Source: a virus (lineage: Duplodnaviria; Caudoviricetes). From it: DNA of 64,000 nucleotides. The notes under the pieces were generated by a model, which worked only from the letters and a program-made list of their open reading frames with translations, was not told where the DNA came from and searched no databases. This document shows positions 43,938 to 54,747 of the stretch, piece by piece; the first letter of the stretch is position 1, and every line of letters begins with the position of its first letter. The DNA lies in IMG/VR virus record IMGVR_UViG_3300021400_000012, positions 1-64,000 of that record; one strand, given 5' to 3'. A program made the position numbers and the translations under genes.

Positions 43938-46900
43938 TACTGCGCCTCTGTAGAGCGGCTATGTGTTACGATCTCGCCATTATCAATTTCAACAATTTGT
44001 TCAACTGTATGGTATGGAGTTCTGCTATATTTCTTCGCTCTGAATTCATCAGTATCTCTAATGCCGCACACTACAACAATGTTTCCACGGCTAAACATAC
44101 TCTTTTCAATCACATGCTTATGACCGCTCGCATCTTTTTCACTTAATTGTTTATCATACTGTTGGAATACACCATAAATCTTTGTTGTGACTACTCCATC
44201 TCGAGTAAGAAGTGTTACAGTCTTCTTAGATTTATCTCGATCGAGAACTGTTCCAGCAATTCTATGAAGTTTAAATATCGGAACCATTTTCCCTTTAATC
44301 GGGATATATCTTTCGATCTCTGGAGTTTCACTCAGCTCATAAAACTCACTAAATCCATATTTCTCAAAGTCAATATCTTTCAGTTCATGTTCGTGAAGAT
44401 AACATGAAATTGATTCCATTTCCCAATGAGAAATTGTACCTTTACAATATTTGTCCCAAGTGTCTTGTGTCAACTTTTTATTTACTGCATCTAATAATTC
44501 TTTATTATGCTTTTGAACATATGGTCTAATTCGATCCATATATTTTTGATAAATCGCATCCCATTTTACTTGCTTTATTTTAAAACCGCTTTCCGTCTCT
44601 TCACTTGGAGTACATAAATCAAGGTCAAAATTATTACTATAAAAGTTAAAAGCAATATTATCAAGTCCGTAATAATCTGTTCCTTCTTTCATCTTCTTTA
44701 AATACTTATTAAAGTTATATACGCGGCGCTCCAAATCATATTCATCGGGAATAAGACCAAAATCAATCAACATCTTCATATTCTGAAGAGTAATACGCTT
44801 CTTCGCGCCACTAATCTCATTTACATAATTCTGCATAATCGTCACACGATCACCAAAACTATCAAATGCGCCCGACTTAATTAGATTTATCATCTGTGTC
44901 TTATTAACTTTAATTCGATTCAAGAAATCATTGATTCCAGTATATGGCCGGCCGCCAATAATTTCATTTACTAAGTCATTACCAATTCTTGTGATGCCCG
45001 AAAGACCGTATCGAATTGTATTATTCTCAATATCTGGCGAGAATGTAAACGTTGACTTATTAATATCCGGCGGCGCCACCGTCACGCCAGTCATCTTAAT
45101 GCGACCGATAGCTGTCGCAATCTTTCCATAGTTTGTTGCTTTAACCTTTTTCTTTTTGCGACCTTCAGTTGTCTTTATAACTTCAGCTGGATACCCGTCA
45201 CAATCTTCTTCTTCATATGAATCTTCTTCTTCATCAGTTTCATCATTGAACTCTTCCATTTCATTCGAATAAGATTCTTCATGTTTAAGTTCTTCGATGG
45301 CTTCTTCATCTTCTTCTTCATCATTGTCATTGCCGCCCGCATCACTAATCAGACACGCGCAATTCCAAAACATAATCGGAAAATGAAACGCAAGATTCAT
45401 TTCTTGAAGTGCAATCAAACTATATGCAAGCGTATGAGACTGGTTGAAACCATATCCACGAGACATCGCAATCAAAACATTCCACACATATCGCGCGAAC
45501 GATTGATTGATACCTTTTTCTTTTGTCACTTCATAAAATTCTTTTGTTAAGGCTTCGTATTCTTTCGGATTCTTCTTCGCAATCGACTTACGAAGTTTAT
45601 CTGCCCAAGTCAGACTAAATCCACCCAGTTCAGGAAGCTGAACGAGTTCCATGAACTGTTCCTGGGCAATACAAAGTCCATACGACATTCCCAAGACTGG
45701 CTCTAAGATTTTCTTCTCTTCTGCGCCAAGTCCATATTTTTCCAGTTCTCTATCCCACTCCGTCGGATCTGCCTTGAAGCGCGCCAGCTTATCGGTTGGC
45801 ATTTCGCCACCACGCTCTTGCGCCATCAGACGAATCGTTGAGTTTAAAATCGCTAAATCATCAACCGAAGTCGGCTTCAGCGTTGCAATACCTTTAATAC
45901 CGGACTGCTTTTCCATCTGGAATAACGAGTTAATCTCGTGATTCCAAACCATTTCCCACATCTTTAGATTATCACGCTCTAATTTATAAATACCAATCAG
46001 ATCTTCATAAGTTTCTTTTAATGTTGCTTTACGTTCAACATATCCAGCGTCACAAAGTAAGTCAATACAATTATGAATCTTATCCATTGCTTCGACGGAT
46101 AACGCATCATATTTAATCAAACTTACATCTTCACAGTCATGAAGTTCAAACTGAGTACAAATCGTACCATCAGGCGCCCGCATCAGCGCGGTCGAGTTTG
46201 TGAATGGTTCATCAACGAAGATAACACCACCTGCATGAATACCGCTACCGCAAATCAATCCTTCAACGCTATGCGCAACATTCCACAGCTCTGGATAATT
46301 CTGCGTCATTTCAAACACAAACTGTTTAATCGGTTGCCAATCATTTTCTTCATCACCATACATACACTGATCAAGTGTTCTTAACATACCACGATCAGCC
46401 GGGATAAGACTGGCAATATACTGCGCGATGTCAACATCAATACCTAAACCACGAGCTGCGGTTAAGATTGCTGACTTCGACTTTTCTGTTCTAAAAGTTG
46501 CGACGTTTGCTACTGCGTCATTACCATAGAACTCTCTAAACTTATTCAATACTTGAGCACGGCGACCGCCCTCAATGTCGAAATCGACATCAAGAACACT
46601 AACACGTTCAGGATTCAAGAATCTCCAAGAAAAACATCTTGTTGTTTCTCTTAATGGGTTAATCTGTGTGATACCTAAAACATATAATAAGATGAAACCT
46701 ACGCCTGAGCCGCGACCAGGACCTACAATCGATCCCGCTTCCCAACACAGGTCAATAATCTGTTGAAGATTCAAATAGTAGGCACTCCATCTCGCTTTAT
46801 TTACTTCTGATGAAACCCAAGTCATCTGTAAGTTTTCATTGATTTCATCATAAGCGCGCTGATTCTGAAGGTCTGAATGAAGTCTAATACCATCAATAAT

Positions 46901-47950
46901 TGCATTAACTAAATATCTATCTGCTTCATACTCTGAATCATAAAAAGTTTGAAGCATCGGCATATTCTTAAACCATTCTTCGTAGTCTGTATAATATGTT
47001 AATACAGGTTTCCATTTTAAGTTCGGAATACGCAAAGGTTTCAGAATACTATAATCTTCACAACTTCTAATAATGCTTCCAATATTTATATATGCTTCTT
47101 CCAGTACATCATGATCAAAATAATTGAAATAAGATTCCAATTCTTTTGTATCCATCATATATGTAGTTGCATAAAACTCATCAACTTCTCTGTCACCATC
47201 TTGAGCATTTAAATATGCTTTATGAATAACTCTATCTTCTTTTTTAAGATAATGACTATCAGTTGTAATAATATACGGAATATTAAGCTCGTGCGCGAAC
47301 TCTAATAATTTCTTGTTTACTGTAATCTGGTCTTTATTTTTGCTTGGCTGCATTTCAAGATAGAAATTGCCTTCACCAAACAAATCATTTAACTGTCTAA
47401 TCCACAGTTTTAGTTTCTCGTCACTTGTCCCTCTTAAAATCTGTGTCGCAAGCGCGCCACCTAAACAAGCCGTTGATCCAATAACATGACCGGGGTTCGC
47501 GCCAATAATATCAAATAGATCTTGATAATATGTTGGGACTCTTCTCATACCGCGCGCCATATAGCTTCTAGTCCACGCACGAGTTGAGATTTCACAAATC
47601 TGACGGAACCCCTCGAGATCACGAGCAAGCAAAATAAAGTGGTAATACCTATCGACCCCACTTACATAATTTTGACTATTTAGTCCATTCCTGACTAAAT
47701 AAATCTCATTACCACGAATGACCTTAAAGTCAGGATTGGACTCTTTTATTTTTTTATAATACTTTTCAACCTTAACTGCACTTGCGACTGTTTCATGGTC
47801 AGTAATCGCAACTGCCGAATGCCCTAACTTGATTGCATAATCAATCAAATCAGTTTCTTTGTTGATACAATCACGAAGCCGCAGATTTGAATATTGGGTA
47901 TGATTGTGTAATGAACCAGGATAATTCAATTCTTTATGCTCCTTTTCCAT
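43937..47950 (-). CDS. dnaE: DNA polymerase III alpha subunit (family C)
   Basis: PHP domain HNHTQYS, AITDH; GRGSG; LDVDFD; GYGFN. TAG-free. A TTG start at 47929 behind AAGGAG is also possible. Confidence 0.95.
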   Translation of the reverse strand: MEKEHKELNYPGSLHNHTQYSNLRLRDCINKETDLIDYAIKLGHSAVAITDHETVASAVKVEKYYKKIKESNPDFKVIRGNEIYLVRNGLNSQNYVSGVDRYYHFILLARDLEGFRQICEISTRAWTRSYMARGMRRVPTYYQDLFDIIGANPGHVIGSTACLGGALATQILRGTSDEKLKLWIRQLNDLFGEGNFYLEMQPSKNKDQITVNKKLLEFAHELNIPYIITTDSHYLKKEDRVIHKAYLNAQDGDREVDEFYATTYMMDTKELESYFNYFDHDVLEEAYINIGSIIRSCEDYSILKPLRIPNLKWKPVLTYYTDYEEWFKNMPMLQTFYDSEYEADRYLVNAIIDGIRLHSDLQNQRAYDEINENLQMTWVSSEVNKARWSAYYLNLQQIIDLCWEAGSIVGPGRGSGVGFILLYVLGITQINPLRETTRCFSWRFLNPERVSVLDVDFDIEGGRRAQVLNKFREFYGNDAVANVATFRTEKSKSAILTAARGLGIDVDIAQYIASLIPADRGMLRTLDQCMYGDEENDWQPIKQFVFEMTQNYPELWNVAHSVEGLICGSGIHAGGVIFVDEPFTNSTALMRAPDGTICTQFELHDCEDVSLIKYDALSVEAMDKIHNCIDLLCDAGYVERKATLKETYEDLIGIYKLERDNLKMWEMVWNHEINSLFQMEKQSGIKGIATLKPTSVDDLAILNSTIRLMAQERGGEMPTDKLARFKADPTEWDRELEKYGLGAEEKKILEPVLGMSYGLCIAQEQFMELVQLPELGGFSLTWADKLRKSIAKKNPKEYEALTKEFYEVTKEKGINQSFARYVWNVLIAMSRGYGFNQSHTLAYSLIALQEMNLAFHFPIMFWNCACLISDAGGNDNDEEEDEEAIEELKHEESYSNEMEEFNDETDEEEDSYEEEDCDGYPAEVIKTTEGRKKKKVKATNYGKIATAIGRIKMTGVTVAPPDINKSTFTFSPDIENNTIRYGLSGITRIGNDLVNEIIGGRPYTGINDFLNRIKVNKTQMINLIKSGAFDSFGDRVTIMQNYVNEISGAKKRITLQNMKMLIDFGLIPDEYDLERRVYNFNKYLKKMKEGTDYYGLDNIAFNFYSNNFDLDLCTPSEETESGFKIKQVKWDAIYQKYMDRIRPYVQKHNKELLDAVNKKLTQDTWDKYCKGTISHWEMESISCYLHEHELKDIDFEKYGFSEFYELSETPEIERYIPIKGKMVPIFKLHRIAGTVLDRDKSKKTVTLLTRDGVVTTKIYGVFQQYDKQLSEKDASGHKHVIEKSMFSRGNIVVVCGIRDTDEFRAKKYSRTPYHTVEQIVEIDNGEIVTHSRSTEAQ

Positions 47951-47961
47951 TTTATAATTAT

Positions 47962-47990
47962 ATTATAACACAATTTTTATTAAAAATCAA
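47962..47990 (-). promoter_or_regulatory. SigA-type promoter for the polymerase/nucleotide operon
   Basis: TTGATT-N17-TATAAT with extended -10 TG. Confidence 0.65.
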
Positions 47991-49734
47991 GTAATTTATC
48001 TTCTTTCACTTCGCAATTTTCAATAAAAATCTGCGGAGTAATGCGGCCGCCCCATTCATTGAGGTTCGCGCGACCTACTACTTCAAGCTTGATGTCATTC
48101 GGATAAGACTTCAGCTCTTCGATAAAATCTTTTGCAAAAAACTTCATATATGCAATTCCATTCTTTGTGATTTTAACTGTATCTTGGTTCTTACCCATGA
48201 CTTGAATATCTTTTTTCTCGACATGAAGATCGCGGATATAAATGAGCGGTTCGTCATTCCCTTGCGACCAGACGTGTTTGTACTTGGTCAGATCTTCAAT
48301 GAGATCACCTAAATCATCAGCAAGAGCTTGACGCTCAAAATTAACTTCATAAAATCCGTCGCCAAAATTATACTGCGCCAGGTCATGGTTAGCCATCTCA
48401 TGCAGCTTCGGCAAGTTCGTATTCAGAATGGAAATACCACATGCATTATCATGGCCCGCCGTATACTCGAATAGTCCAGTCGAGTCCATGTACTTCTTGA
48501 AGGATTCCAGTTCTGAATTATTAAGCCCGCGCGATGAGCCACGAATATAGCCCTCATCATTTAGACGAGCAACAATAGTTGGCCGCTTATACTTTGCAGA
48601 CAACTGCATCGCAACAAGGCCGTTCAACTCCGCTGGGAAATCGTCATCATCATCAAGCCTTACAAACAAAATCTTATTCTCTAACAGGTCGTGTTTGAAG
48701 ATTTTCTGTTCAAGGCGCGCCACAGTCGCATCCTTGGCTTTATTCTGGTGAGAACGAGCGTTAACACATTCGCGCACAGATTCAATGCAAGCTTCTTCCA
48801 ATGTTCCTTTGGCGCCGCGCTTATTACACGGAATCATACGATGTCCATCGACAAATGCAATAAACATTCGTTCCTTTTCTTCCTGTGTGCCAACTCGCAC
48901 CATTGCATTAATCAATGGGACAATATAAAATGCAACTGTAGTCGGGTCAAGAGCTTCTTGAATCTCTTCCCAGCTTGCATTCATCTTCCCAGTAATAGAA
49001 TATGCTTGTTTCTGCGCGATAGCTGCAAAGAATGGATTTTCTACATTTGCAAAGCCTTCTTGCCAAAACCACTGATTTTCAATTTCAAGACCGCTCATCA
49101 TATCTGCGCAGATACCAAGTGCAGCTAAATCTAAATAGTCTATTGCCCAGTCTTCTGAGGCATGAAAAGCTAAATCAATTGCATCGCAAAATTGCCAAAC
49201 TACGCCTGCGCCAGACAAACTTTTGTTTTTATACTTTTCTGACAACTGATTATTAATTACAACCATATTCGGCGCGAAGTTTGTATCTTCAACAATATGG
49301 TGGTCTAATACAAGAATTGGGCAGTTTATTTCAGCTGCATATTTACTGTCATTACTACCTGCATCGGGAATAATTACTAAATCATAATTTGCGTCTCGAA
49401 TAGCTTCCCAATGTTCTTCTAACCCATGAGCTTTACCATCATGAATATAGGCAGTAATATCAATTCCAGGGTATAATCGCTTTAAAAATTTATAAATAAT
49501 AGTAGCTGATGTATATCCATCGACATCACAGTCTACCACCAAACCAACTGTTGAGTTTTTATTTAATTTTTTAATTAACTCAACGCCAGCGTTAATATTA
49601 TCAAGATCATAGCATGACTGAACATCATTAAAAGTGGGTGCTAAAAACTCGTCAACGTCTTTTACACCGCGCAGCTTTAGTAGTTCGTGCCCATAATCTT
49701 TTTTAATATTTTCGTTCTTTAGTCTTACTTTCAT
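47980..49734 (-). CDS. recJ: RecJ-like DHH exonuclease
   Basis: DCDVDG, HG, LDHH, GSSR, AGH..ACG. Confidence 0.9.
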   Translation of the reverse strand: MKVRLKNENIKKDYGHELLKLRGVKDVDEFLAPTFNDVQSCYDLDNINAGVELIKKLNKNSTVGLVVDCDVDGYTSATIIYKFLKRLYPGIDITAYIHDGKAHGLEEHWEAIRDANYDLVIIPDAGSNDSKYAAEINCPILVLDHHIVEDTNFAPNMVVINNQLSEKYKNKSLSGAGVVWQFCDAIDLAFHASEDWAIDYLDLAALGICADMMSGLEIENQWFWQEGFANVENPFFAAIAQKQAYSITGKMNASWEEIQEALDPTTVAFYIVPLINAMVRVGTQEEKERMFIAFVDGHRMIPCNKRGAKGTLEEACIESVRECVNARSHQNKAKDATVARLEQKIFKHDLLENKILFVRLDDDDDFPAELNGLVAMQLSAKYKRPTIVARLNDEGYIRGSSRGLNNSELESFKKYMDSTGLFEYTAGHDNACGISILNTNLPKLHEMANHDLAQYNFGDGFYEVNFERQALADDLGDLIEDLTKYKHVWSQGNDEPLIYIRDLHVEKKDIQVMGKNQDTVKITKNGIAYMKFFAKDFIEELKSYPNDIKLEVVGRANLNEWGGRITPQIFIENCEVKEDKLLDF

Positions 49735-49918
49735 TTATTTTCCTTTCCAATTCGTTAATTGTATCAATTAACTCATTTATTTTCTTGTCAAATTCATTAA
49801 TTGTATCAATTGATTCGTTTACTTTATCAACTACATCGTCTAAGTCAGGATGTTTTTGCCAATTTATAATGCCACCAACGTTAGTACCACCGCTCCAGTA
49901 CTCTAATTTTTCAATCAT
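49703..49918 (-). CDS. Hypothetical coiled-coil protein
   Basis: 71 aa, in the operon. Confidence 0.6.
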   Translation of the reverse strand: MIEKLEYWSGGTNVGGIINWQKHPDLDDVVDKVNESIDTINEFDKKINELIDTINELERKINESKTKERKY

Positions 49919-50111
49919 TTAAGCCCTTCCTCAATGTAATAACTAAATCAGGTTCGGTTATTGCCGTGTTGACCGAAATACTAAAATTGCGCTCCATACC
50001 CGCGATGTGATAACCATTTTTTATGTCGTCAGCTAATGTTAAGGTTAAGTTTTCAATACCACGCCAACCATCATAAAAAGTACAACACTTATAAGTTTTT
50101 TCTACTATCAT
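49911..50111 (-). CDS. Hypothetical protein, paralog of 50318-50518
   Basis: 66 aa, GGAGG RBS. Confidence 0.7.
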   Translation of the reverse strand: MIVEKTYKCCTFYDGWRGIENLTLTLADDIKNGYHIAGMERNFSISVNTAITEPDLVITLRKGLND

Positions 50112-50321
50112 TTATGCCTCCGCAGCCTCCTTGTCATGGATTGCATTTTCAATCATTTCCTTAAAGTAATAAAGATCAGCAGTAGAACAATTAAATAAAA
50201 CATCCCAATTTTGCGGTAAAAAGATGAGTGTTTCATCTTTAAGGTCGAGTTTTCGCATCTGATAATACATTTCATTTACTTCATCTATATCATCATTTGT
50301 ATCATATCTAACAATTATCAT
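50112..50321 (-). CDS. Hypothetical protein
   Basis: 69 aa, GGGAG RBS. Confidence 0.7.
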   Translation of the reverse strand: MIIVRYDTNDDIDEVNEMYYQMRKLDLKDETLIFLPQNWDVLFNCSTADLYYFKEMIENAIHDKEAAEA

Positions 50322-50518
50322 ATAAACTCCCTTCTTAATGTAATAATAGCAATAAGTTCTGGTTCTAAGTGAATCTTTGATGGTCTTACAAATTTACTAA
50401 TAGATGCAATATACCAACCATTATCTAAATCATCGGCTACTATACGTTCAATGTCTTCAAGTCCATTATAACCATCATAACAACTAGAACATGTTAATGT
50501 TTTTTCTACTACTTTCAT
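50318..50518 (-). CDS. Hypothetical protein, paralog of 49911-50111
   Basis: 66 aa, overlaps the primase stop. Confidence 0.7.
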   Translation of the reverse strand: MKVVEKTLTCSSCYDGYNGLEDIERIVADDLDNGWYIASISKFVRPSKIHLEPELIAIITLRREFI

Positions 50519-51564
50519 TTGACGATTACCCTTTTATTCAAAAGTTGTATAAAAATGTCTTCGCCTCTGTCACTTGGCGAATCTTTTTTATTTGTTAAAC
50601 CTTCTCTATCATAGATAAAGCTCATACCGCAATAGTTTGTATATTTTTTACACATTTTATAAAGTTTATCAAAATATTTACTTTGACCTTTTTCTTCTTC
50701 ATTATCAAAACATACTACAACATATTTAGGCTGACAATATCGCATCAATAAATCAATTTGATATTTATTTAAGTTGCTACCACACGCTGCAACCGCATAA
50801 TTTTTCATTATGAAATTATCAAATTGAAGAACGCTTTTTTCACTTTCAAAAACAAATGCAATACCATCTTTTTTAATATTTTTCCAGTTCTTATTTAAAC
50901 CATATAAGTTCAAACTTAATGGATGAGAATAACATTTACCTTCAATCCAAACTGGTGCATATTTACCAACATTTTCTACTTCCCAGGCATTGAGGGCGCG
51001 CCCTCTAATCCCAACAAGTTCATTATGAATATTATAATGCGGGATAATAATTTTATTTTCTGTATGAGAAAATTTGATATTAAACTTATCCATCGCTCCT
51101 TTTGTAATTGAATCTTGGAGCCATTCAACTGGATAATATTTATCATAAATATCTAAAATACCTTCAGGATAAGTTGGAAGTTCTTTTCTTATTTTTTGCG
51201 GTTTATAATTATCAACATTACTTTTATAGGCGTTCTTGTTGGCAAAAGTATCAGAAGAAGCAGAGCAATTTAAAATAACTTGAAGAACATCGTTATACCA
51301 ATCATATTCAATTTGTCGAGCTTCATAAAAATGTTGAAGAAACTTAAAAATTGATTGCCCGCCGCACTCTGTATAACAATAAAACATATGACTATCTTTA
51401 TAATAATAAAGTTTCCACGATGCTTCATCTAATTCTGCATTATGACAAGCCGTTGGCATAATCAATGCTTTTTCTGTGTCTTTATATGGAATACCTAAAG
51501 AGTCTAATAACCTTTCAACTCCCTCTAATTCCAAATTTTCGATAATCTGATTATAATCAATCAT
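50515..51564 (-). CDS. dnaG: DNA primase
   Basis: Zn finger CH...CYTEC; IIIPH...GIRGR; TOPRIM FESEKS and CFDNE. Confidence 0.88.
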   Translation of the reverse strand: MIDYNQIIENLELEGVERLLDSLGIPYKDTEKALIMPTACHNAELDEASWKLYYYKDSHMFYCYTECGGQSIFKFLQHFYEARQIEYDWYNDVLQVILNCSASSDTFANKNAYKSNVDNYKPQKIRKELPTYPEGILDIYDKYYPVEWLQDSITKGAMDKFNIKFSHTENKIIIPHYNIHNELVGIRGRALNAWEVENVGKYAPVWIEGKCYSHPLSLNLYGLNKNWKNIKKDGIAFVFESEKSVLQFDNFIMKNYAVAACGSNLNKYQIDLLMRYCQPKYVVVCFDNEEEKGQSKYFDKLYKMCKKYTNYCGMSFIYDREGLTNKKDSPSDRGEDIFIQLLNKRVIVK

Positions 51565-53117
51565 AACGTTAACTCACTTATAATCTTTAATTCTTTCAAA
51601 TATTCTGCTGTTACATCTGATTCCCAATTCTGTTGATAATTATAATACGTTCCAACATTCAAAACTTCCATTCTTGCATCAGTTACAAACAAATCTTTCT
51701 TTCTAAGATTTCCTAAATTTACATCACTCCAAATTCTGACTTGGTTCCACTCGCCGCTTCGAACTTTATAAATATCAGTTACCATCGTTGGTGTTATTGA
51801 AATACCACCTTCATTCTGTAAGAATTCCAATTCTTCCTTAGTGGGCCGCGCCATAATCGCTCCAATATCAGCTTTATTGATGATACTACGCGAGCCAGAA
51901 ATTGAAGCTTCATTTCTGATGTTCGAATTATCGTCACCTTTCGCATTTAACTGCGTCGATGACATCATAAACACATTTAGCTCAACCGCCAGATCTTTCA
52001 GTGCCGTCGAAAACATCAATAACACTTCATCATTTCGAAGATTAAATCCTTTAAACTCATTCAATAACGATGGAGAAATGTGAATATAGTCATAAAACAC
52101 ATATTCAATATCATGCATCAATACATTTTCTCTCACAATCGTCTTAACAAGTTCAATTGTTGGATTCGGCATCCTTACAATAAAAAAATTATTCTGATAT
52201 TGTTCCAGCACCCACAGCGCCTGGCGCACTATAAGCTGTTCTTCTTTTGTGAATCCACCATATCTAAACTTAGTTTCATTAAAACCAGTTAAATATGCTA
52301 AAATCATTTTCTGAATTTCTTTTGCACTCTGCTCAGTCGCAATAAACAATACTTTGCGGCCGCTACCAATTTGAACCCACTTCTTCTGTGACTCTTCATA
52401 CCTAAATGGAAATGCAATATAACACGCATCTCCAACTGCTTGACGGGTTTTACCAGTACCAGACCCAGCCGATCTTAATACAAAAACTCCTTTTCGCGCG
52501 CCAGCACACACTTCATTAAAGATTTCGCCTTGAAGCGGGATACCTACATCAGCTTGCTCGTTTGCTTCATTTAAAATTTCTGTGATACCTTCAAAAACAT
52601 TAACTGTTTCTGTTGTATCATTTTGAATAAATGCGCGCTCAACTCCTAACAGTTTAGACTTAATTGCATTTACAATGTCATCAATCTCTAACGCTTCAAA
52701 CTTTTCATTCGTTTCTAATGCCTTCGGAGTTAATGGATTTTCTACATAAAACTCTTCGACATCAAAACCCTTATTTTTAAAAGTCTCTAATAAATTGAAC
52801 TTTTTAAGTTTTTTATAATAATACGGAAAGTTTGTTTCTTCTGAAAGATAATCTGCATCTTGAAGATACTCAATACCTTTCAGCTGTGCGAACATTAGCT
52901 TTGCATTTTCATTTGTACTTAAATAGTTCTCAACATCAATGGGCTGAATACGTTCTGCGCCATTTCTATATAAACTATCAATCGCGACAAAGATAAACTT
53001 ATCAAGTCTATAATAAAAATCATCCGGAGTAAGATTATATTTATCCGTTTCGCTCAAATACTGCGGATGCTTCATCAGAGCGCCAATTATCTGTAAAATT
53101 GTTGATTTATCGACCAT
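51561..53117 (-). CDS. dnaB: Replicative helicase (DnaB-like)
   Basis: GSGTGKT, FYDYIH, TQLN, KAD, KVR. Confidence 0.9.
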   Translation of the reverse strand: MVDKSTILQIIGALMKHPQYLSETDKYNLTPDDFYYRLDKFIFVAIDSLYRNGAERIQPIDVENYLSTNENAKLMFAQLKGIEYLQDADYLSEETNFPYYYKKLKKFNLLETFKNKGFDVEEFYVENPLTPKALETNEKFEALEIDDIVNAIKSKLLGVERAFIQNDTTETVNVFEGITEILNEANEQADVGIPLQGEIFNEVCAGARKGVFVLRSAGSGTGKTRQAVGDACYIAFPFRYEESQKKWVQIGSGRKVLFIATEQSAKEIQKMILAYLTGFNETKFRYGGFTKEEQLIVRQALWVLEQYQNNFFIVRMPNPTIELVKTIVRENVLMHDIEYVFYDYIHISPSLLNEFKGFNLRNDEVLLMFSTALKDLAVELNVFMMSSTQLNAKGDDNSNIRNEASISGSRSIINKADIGAIMARPTKEELEFLQNEGGISITPTMVTDIYKVRSGEWNQVRIWSDVNLGNLRKKDLFVTDARMEVLNVGTYYNYQQNWESDVTAEYLKELKIISELTL

Positions 53118-53127
53118 TTAACGCTCC

Positions 53128-53658
53128 TTACACGTCGTCAAGATTAAATTTCGATTTATCCTTTTTAACCTCATGACGTACAATTGAAACCACTTCCCTA
53201 TCTTCGCGCGCCTTAATTTGAGCAACAATTGCTTCAATCGTGCCAGCTTTTCTATTTTCTAATTCTGTCCAATACCGCGCGGCATCGCTATAAATATTCG
53301 CAACTATGCCAATACCACCTAAAGCCTTTTCTTTATCGCCTTTCTGTACTTCATAATAATACCGAAGAGCGAAGTAAATACCTTTAGGTGTCATTTTTCT
53401 GTCTGGTTTTGTGAAGTTTTTCCACTGACTCTCAATTTTTGAGAAGTCCATTAACATCTTTACATCTCGATAGAGATAATCAATTACGCTTTCTTTCCAA
53501 AAATCTTCATCTTCATTTACTTTTGCATCATTTCTCTTTTTAACCCAAGCTGTATAACATTCTTGGTGATAATAAGACTTCTTTCCAATCAGAGTAAATG
53601 GTTCTTTTTCTGTATCAAAGCGCACTTTACATAAACGACATTGAACTATATGAGCCAT
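53128..53658 (-). CDS. Zn-finger hypothetical protein (possible helicase loader)
   Basis: CRLC...HQEC; upstream of the helicase; own promoter. Confidence 0.6.
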   Translation of the reverse strand: MAHIVQCRLCKVRFDTEKEPFTLIGKKSYYHQECYTAWVKKRNDAKVNEDEDFWKESVIDYLYRDVKMLMDFSKIESQWKNFTKPDRKMTPKGIYFALRYYYEVQKGDKEKALGGIGIVANIYSDAARYWTELENRKAGTIEAIVAQIKAREDREVVSIVRHEVKKDKSKFNLDDV

Positions 53659-53690
53659 TTATAATCTCCTTTCGATATTTTTCTATATAT

Positions 53691-53719
53691 ATTATATCAA
53701 AATTTTAAAAAAAAGTCAA
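53691..53719 (-). promoter_or_regulatory. SigA-type promoter
   Basis: TTGACT-N17-TATAAT with extended -10 TG. Confidence 0.75.
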
Positions 53720-53767
53720 ATTAAAAATAGGGGCAGATACACTACCCCTATCTTTTATGTTGTAGCC

Positions 53768-54733
53768 TTACATTTCACGCATTTCTGCAACTACCAGTGC
53801 CAAAAGATCGGTCTGATCTTCGGTAAACTCTGAAAGTTTCATCTTATGACCCATTGTCATCTCAATCTTCTTAAGGATTGTTACCGCATTTTCTTCATTT
53901 TCGCTAACGAGTTTTGTCCACAGATTCTGTGCTTCTGCGCGAACCTTATTAAAGTCGAGCTTTTCTTCAATATGGACCTCTGGCGCTTCATCGACAACAG
54001 TTGCACCATCAAGCTGCGCGCTCTTTTCAATTGCTTCTGCGATTGCATCAACGAGCTGCTGATAACCAAACTCGATCTTCGGCGCGAGATACTTGAATCT
54101 ACTGCCAGCCATGACATAAGGTGTCTGCCGCGTATAGAGATAACGATGAGAATTTCCCTGTTCATCCCATTCGATTGCAATGTATCCGATGACGTCCACG
54201 AGACGATTACAAATTTCATAACAACGCTTATTCAGCGCGGGCTTATAAAATTCTTTTTCTGAGTCATCAATTGTTTCTTTTCTGACTTCTTCGTGGGCAA
54301 TGAGAATTAATCCATAACCCAGCATTGTGATCTGTCGCAGCGTTGACTCAAATTCCTGTTTAACGGCTGAGTACCCAGCACCCCATGGGATTTCGCTAAT
54401 CTTTTGAACACCATTCTGCACGCAGATATATTGTTCGCAAAGGTCATATGCTATCGACGCAGTGTCGACGGTAATGGTGTCATACATTTCGCGAGCCTTT
54501 GCATTAGCGAGCTGACGAACGATAAGTTTGAGATCACTCCACTTTTGAACGGGCTGAACATATACGCCATCTAGCGCGTTCGTTCCCATTTCAAAAGCAA
54601 GAATCAGGTTCTTTTTGAACTTGGCGGCGAAGGAGGTTTTACCCACCTTCGGCGCGCCATAAATAAGGACATATTTGCCCTTTAAATCACGTGAAATAAC
54701 ACTAGGCTTAATACTTAAAATATCAATAGCCAT
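53768..54733 (-). CDS. Sak4-like/AAA_24 ATPase (ssDNA annealing recombinase)
   Basis: YGAPKVGKT, ITVDT, LIAH, AGSR; next to the SSB gene. Confidence 0.8.
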   Translation of the reverse strand: MAIDILSIKPSVISRDLKGKYVLIYGAPKVGKTSFAAKFKKNLILAFEMGTNALDGVYVQPVQKWSDLKLIVRQLANAKAREMYDTITVDTASIAYDLCEQYICVQNGVQKISEIPWGAGYSAVKQEFESTLRQITMLGYGLILIAHEEVRKETIDDSEKEFYKPALNKRCYEICNRLVDVIGYIAIEWDEQGNSHRYLYTRQTPYVMAGSRFKYLAPKIEFGYQQLVDAIAEAIEKSAQLDGATVVDEAPEVHIEEKLDFNKVRAEAQNLWTKLVSENEENAVTILKKIEMTMGHKMKLSEFTEDQTDLLALVVAEMREM

Positions 54734-54747
54734 TCTTCACCTCGCAA

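Noticed and set aside
43937-47950. Intein or intron in dnaE, nrdD, helicase or terminase
   Set aside because: No C/S...HN-C/S/T splice motifs, no LAGLIDADG/HNH inserts, and no frame breaks.
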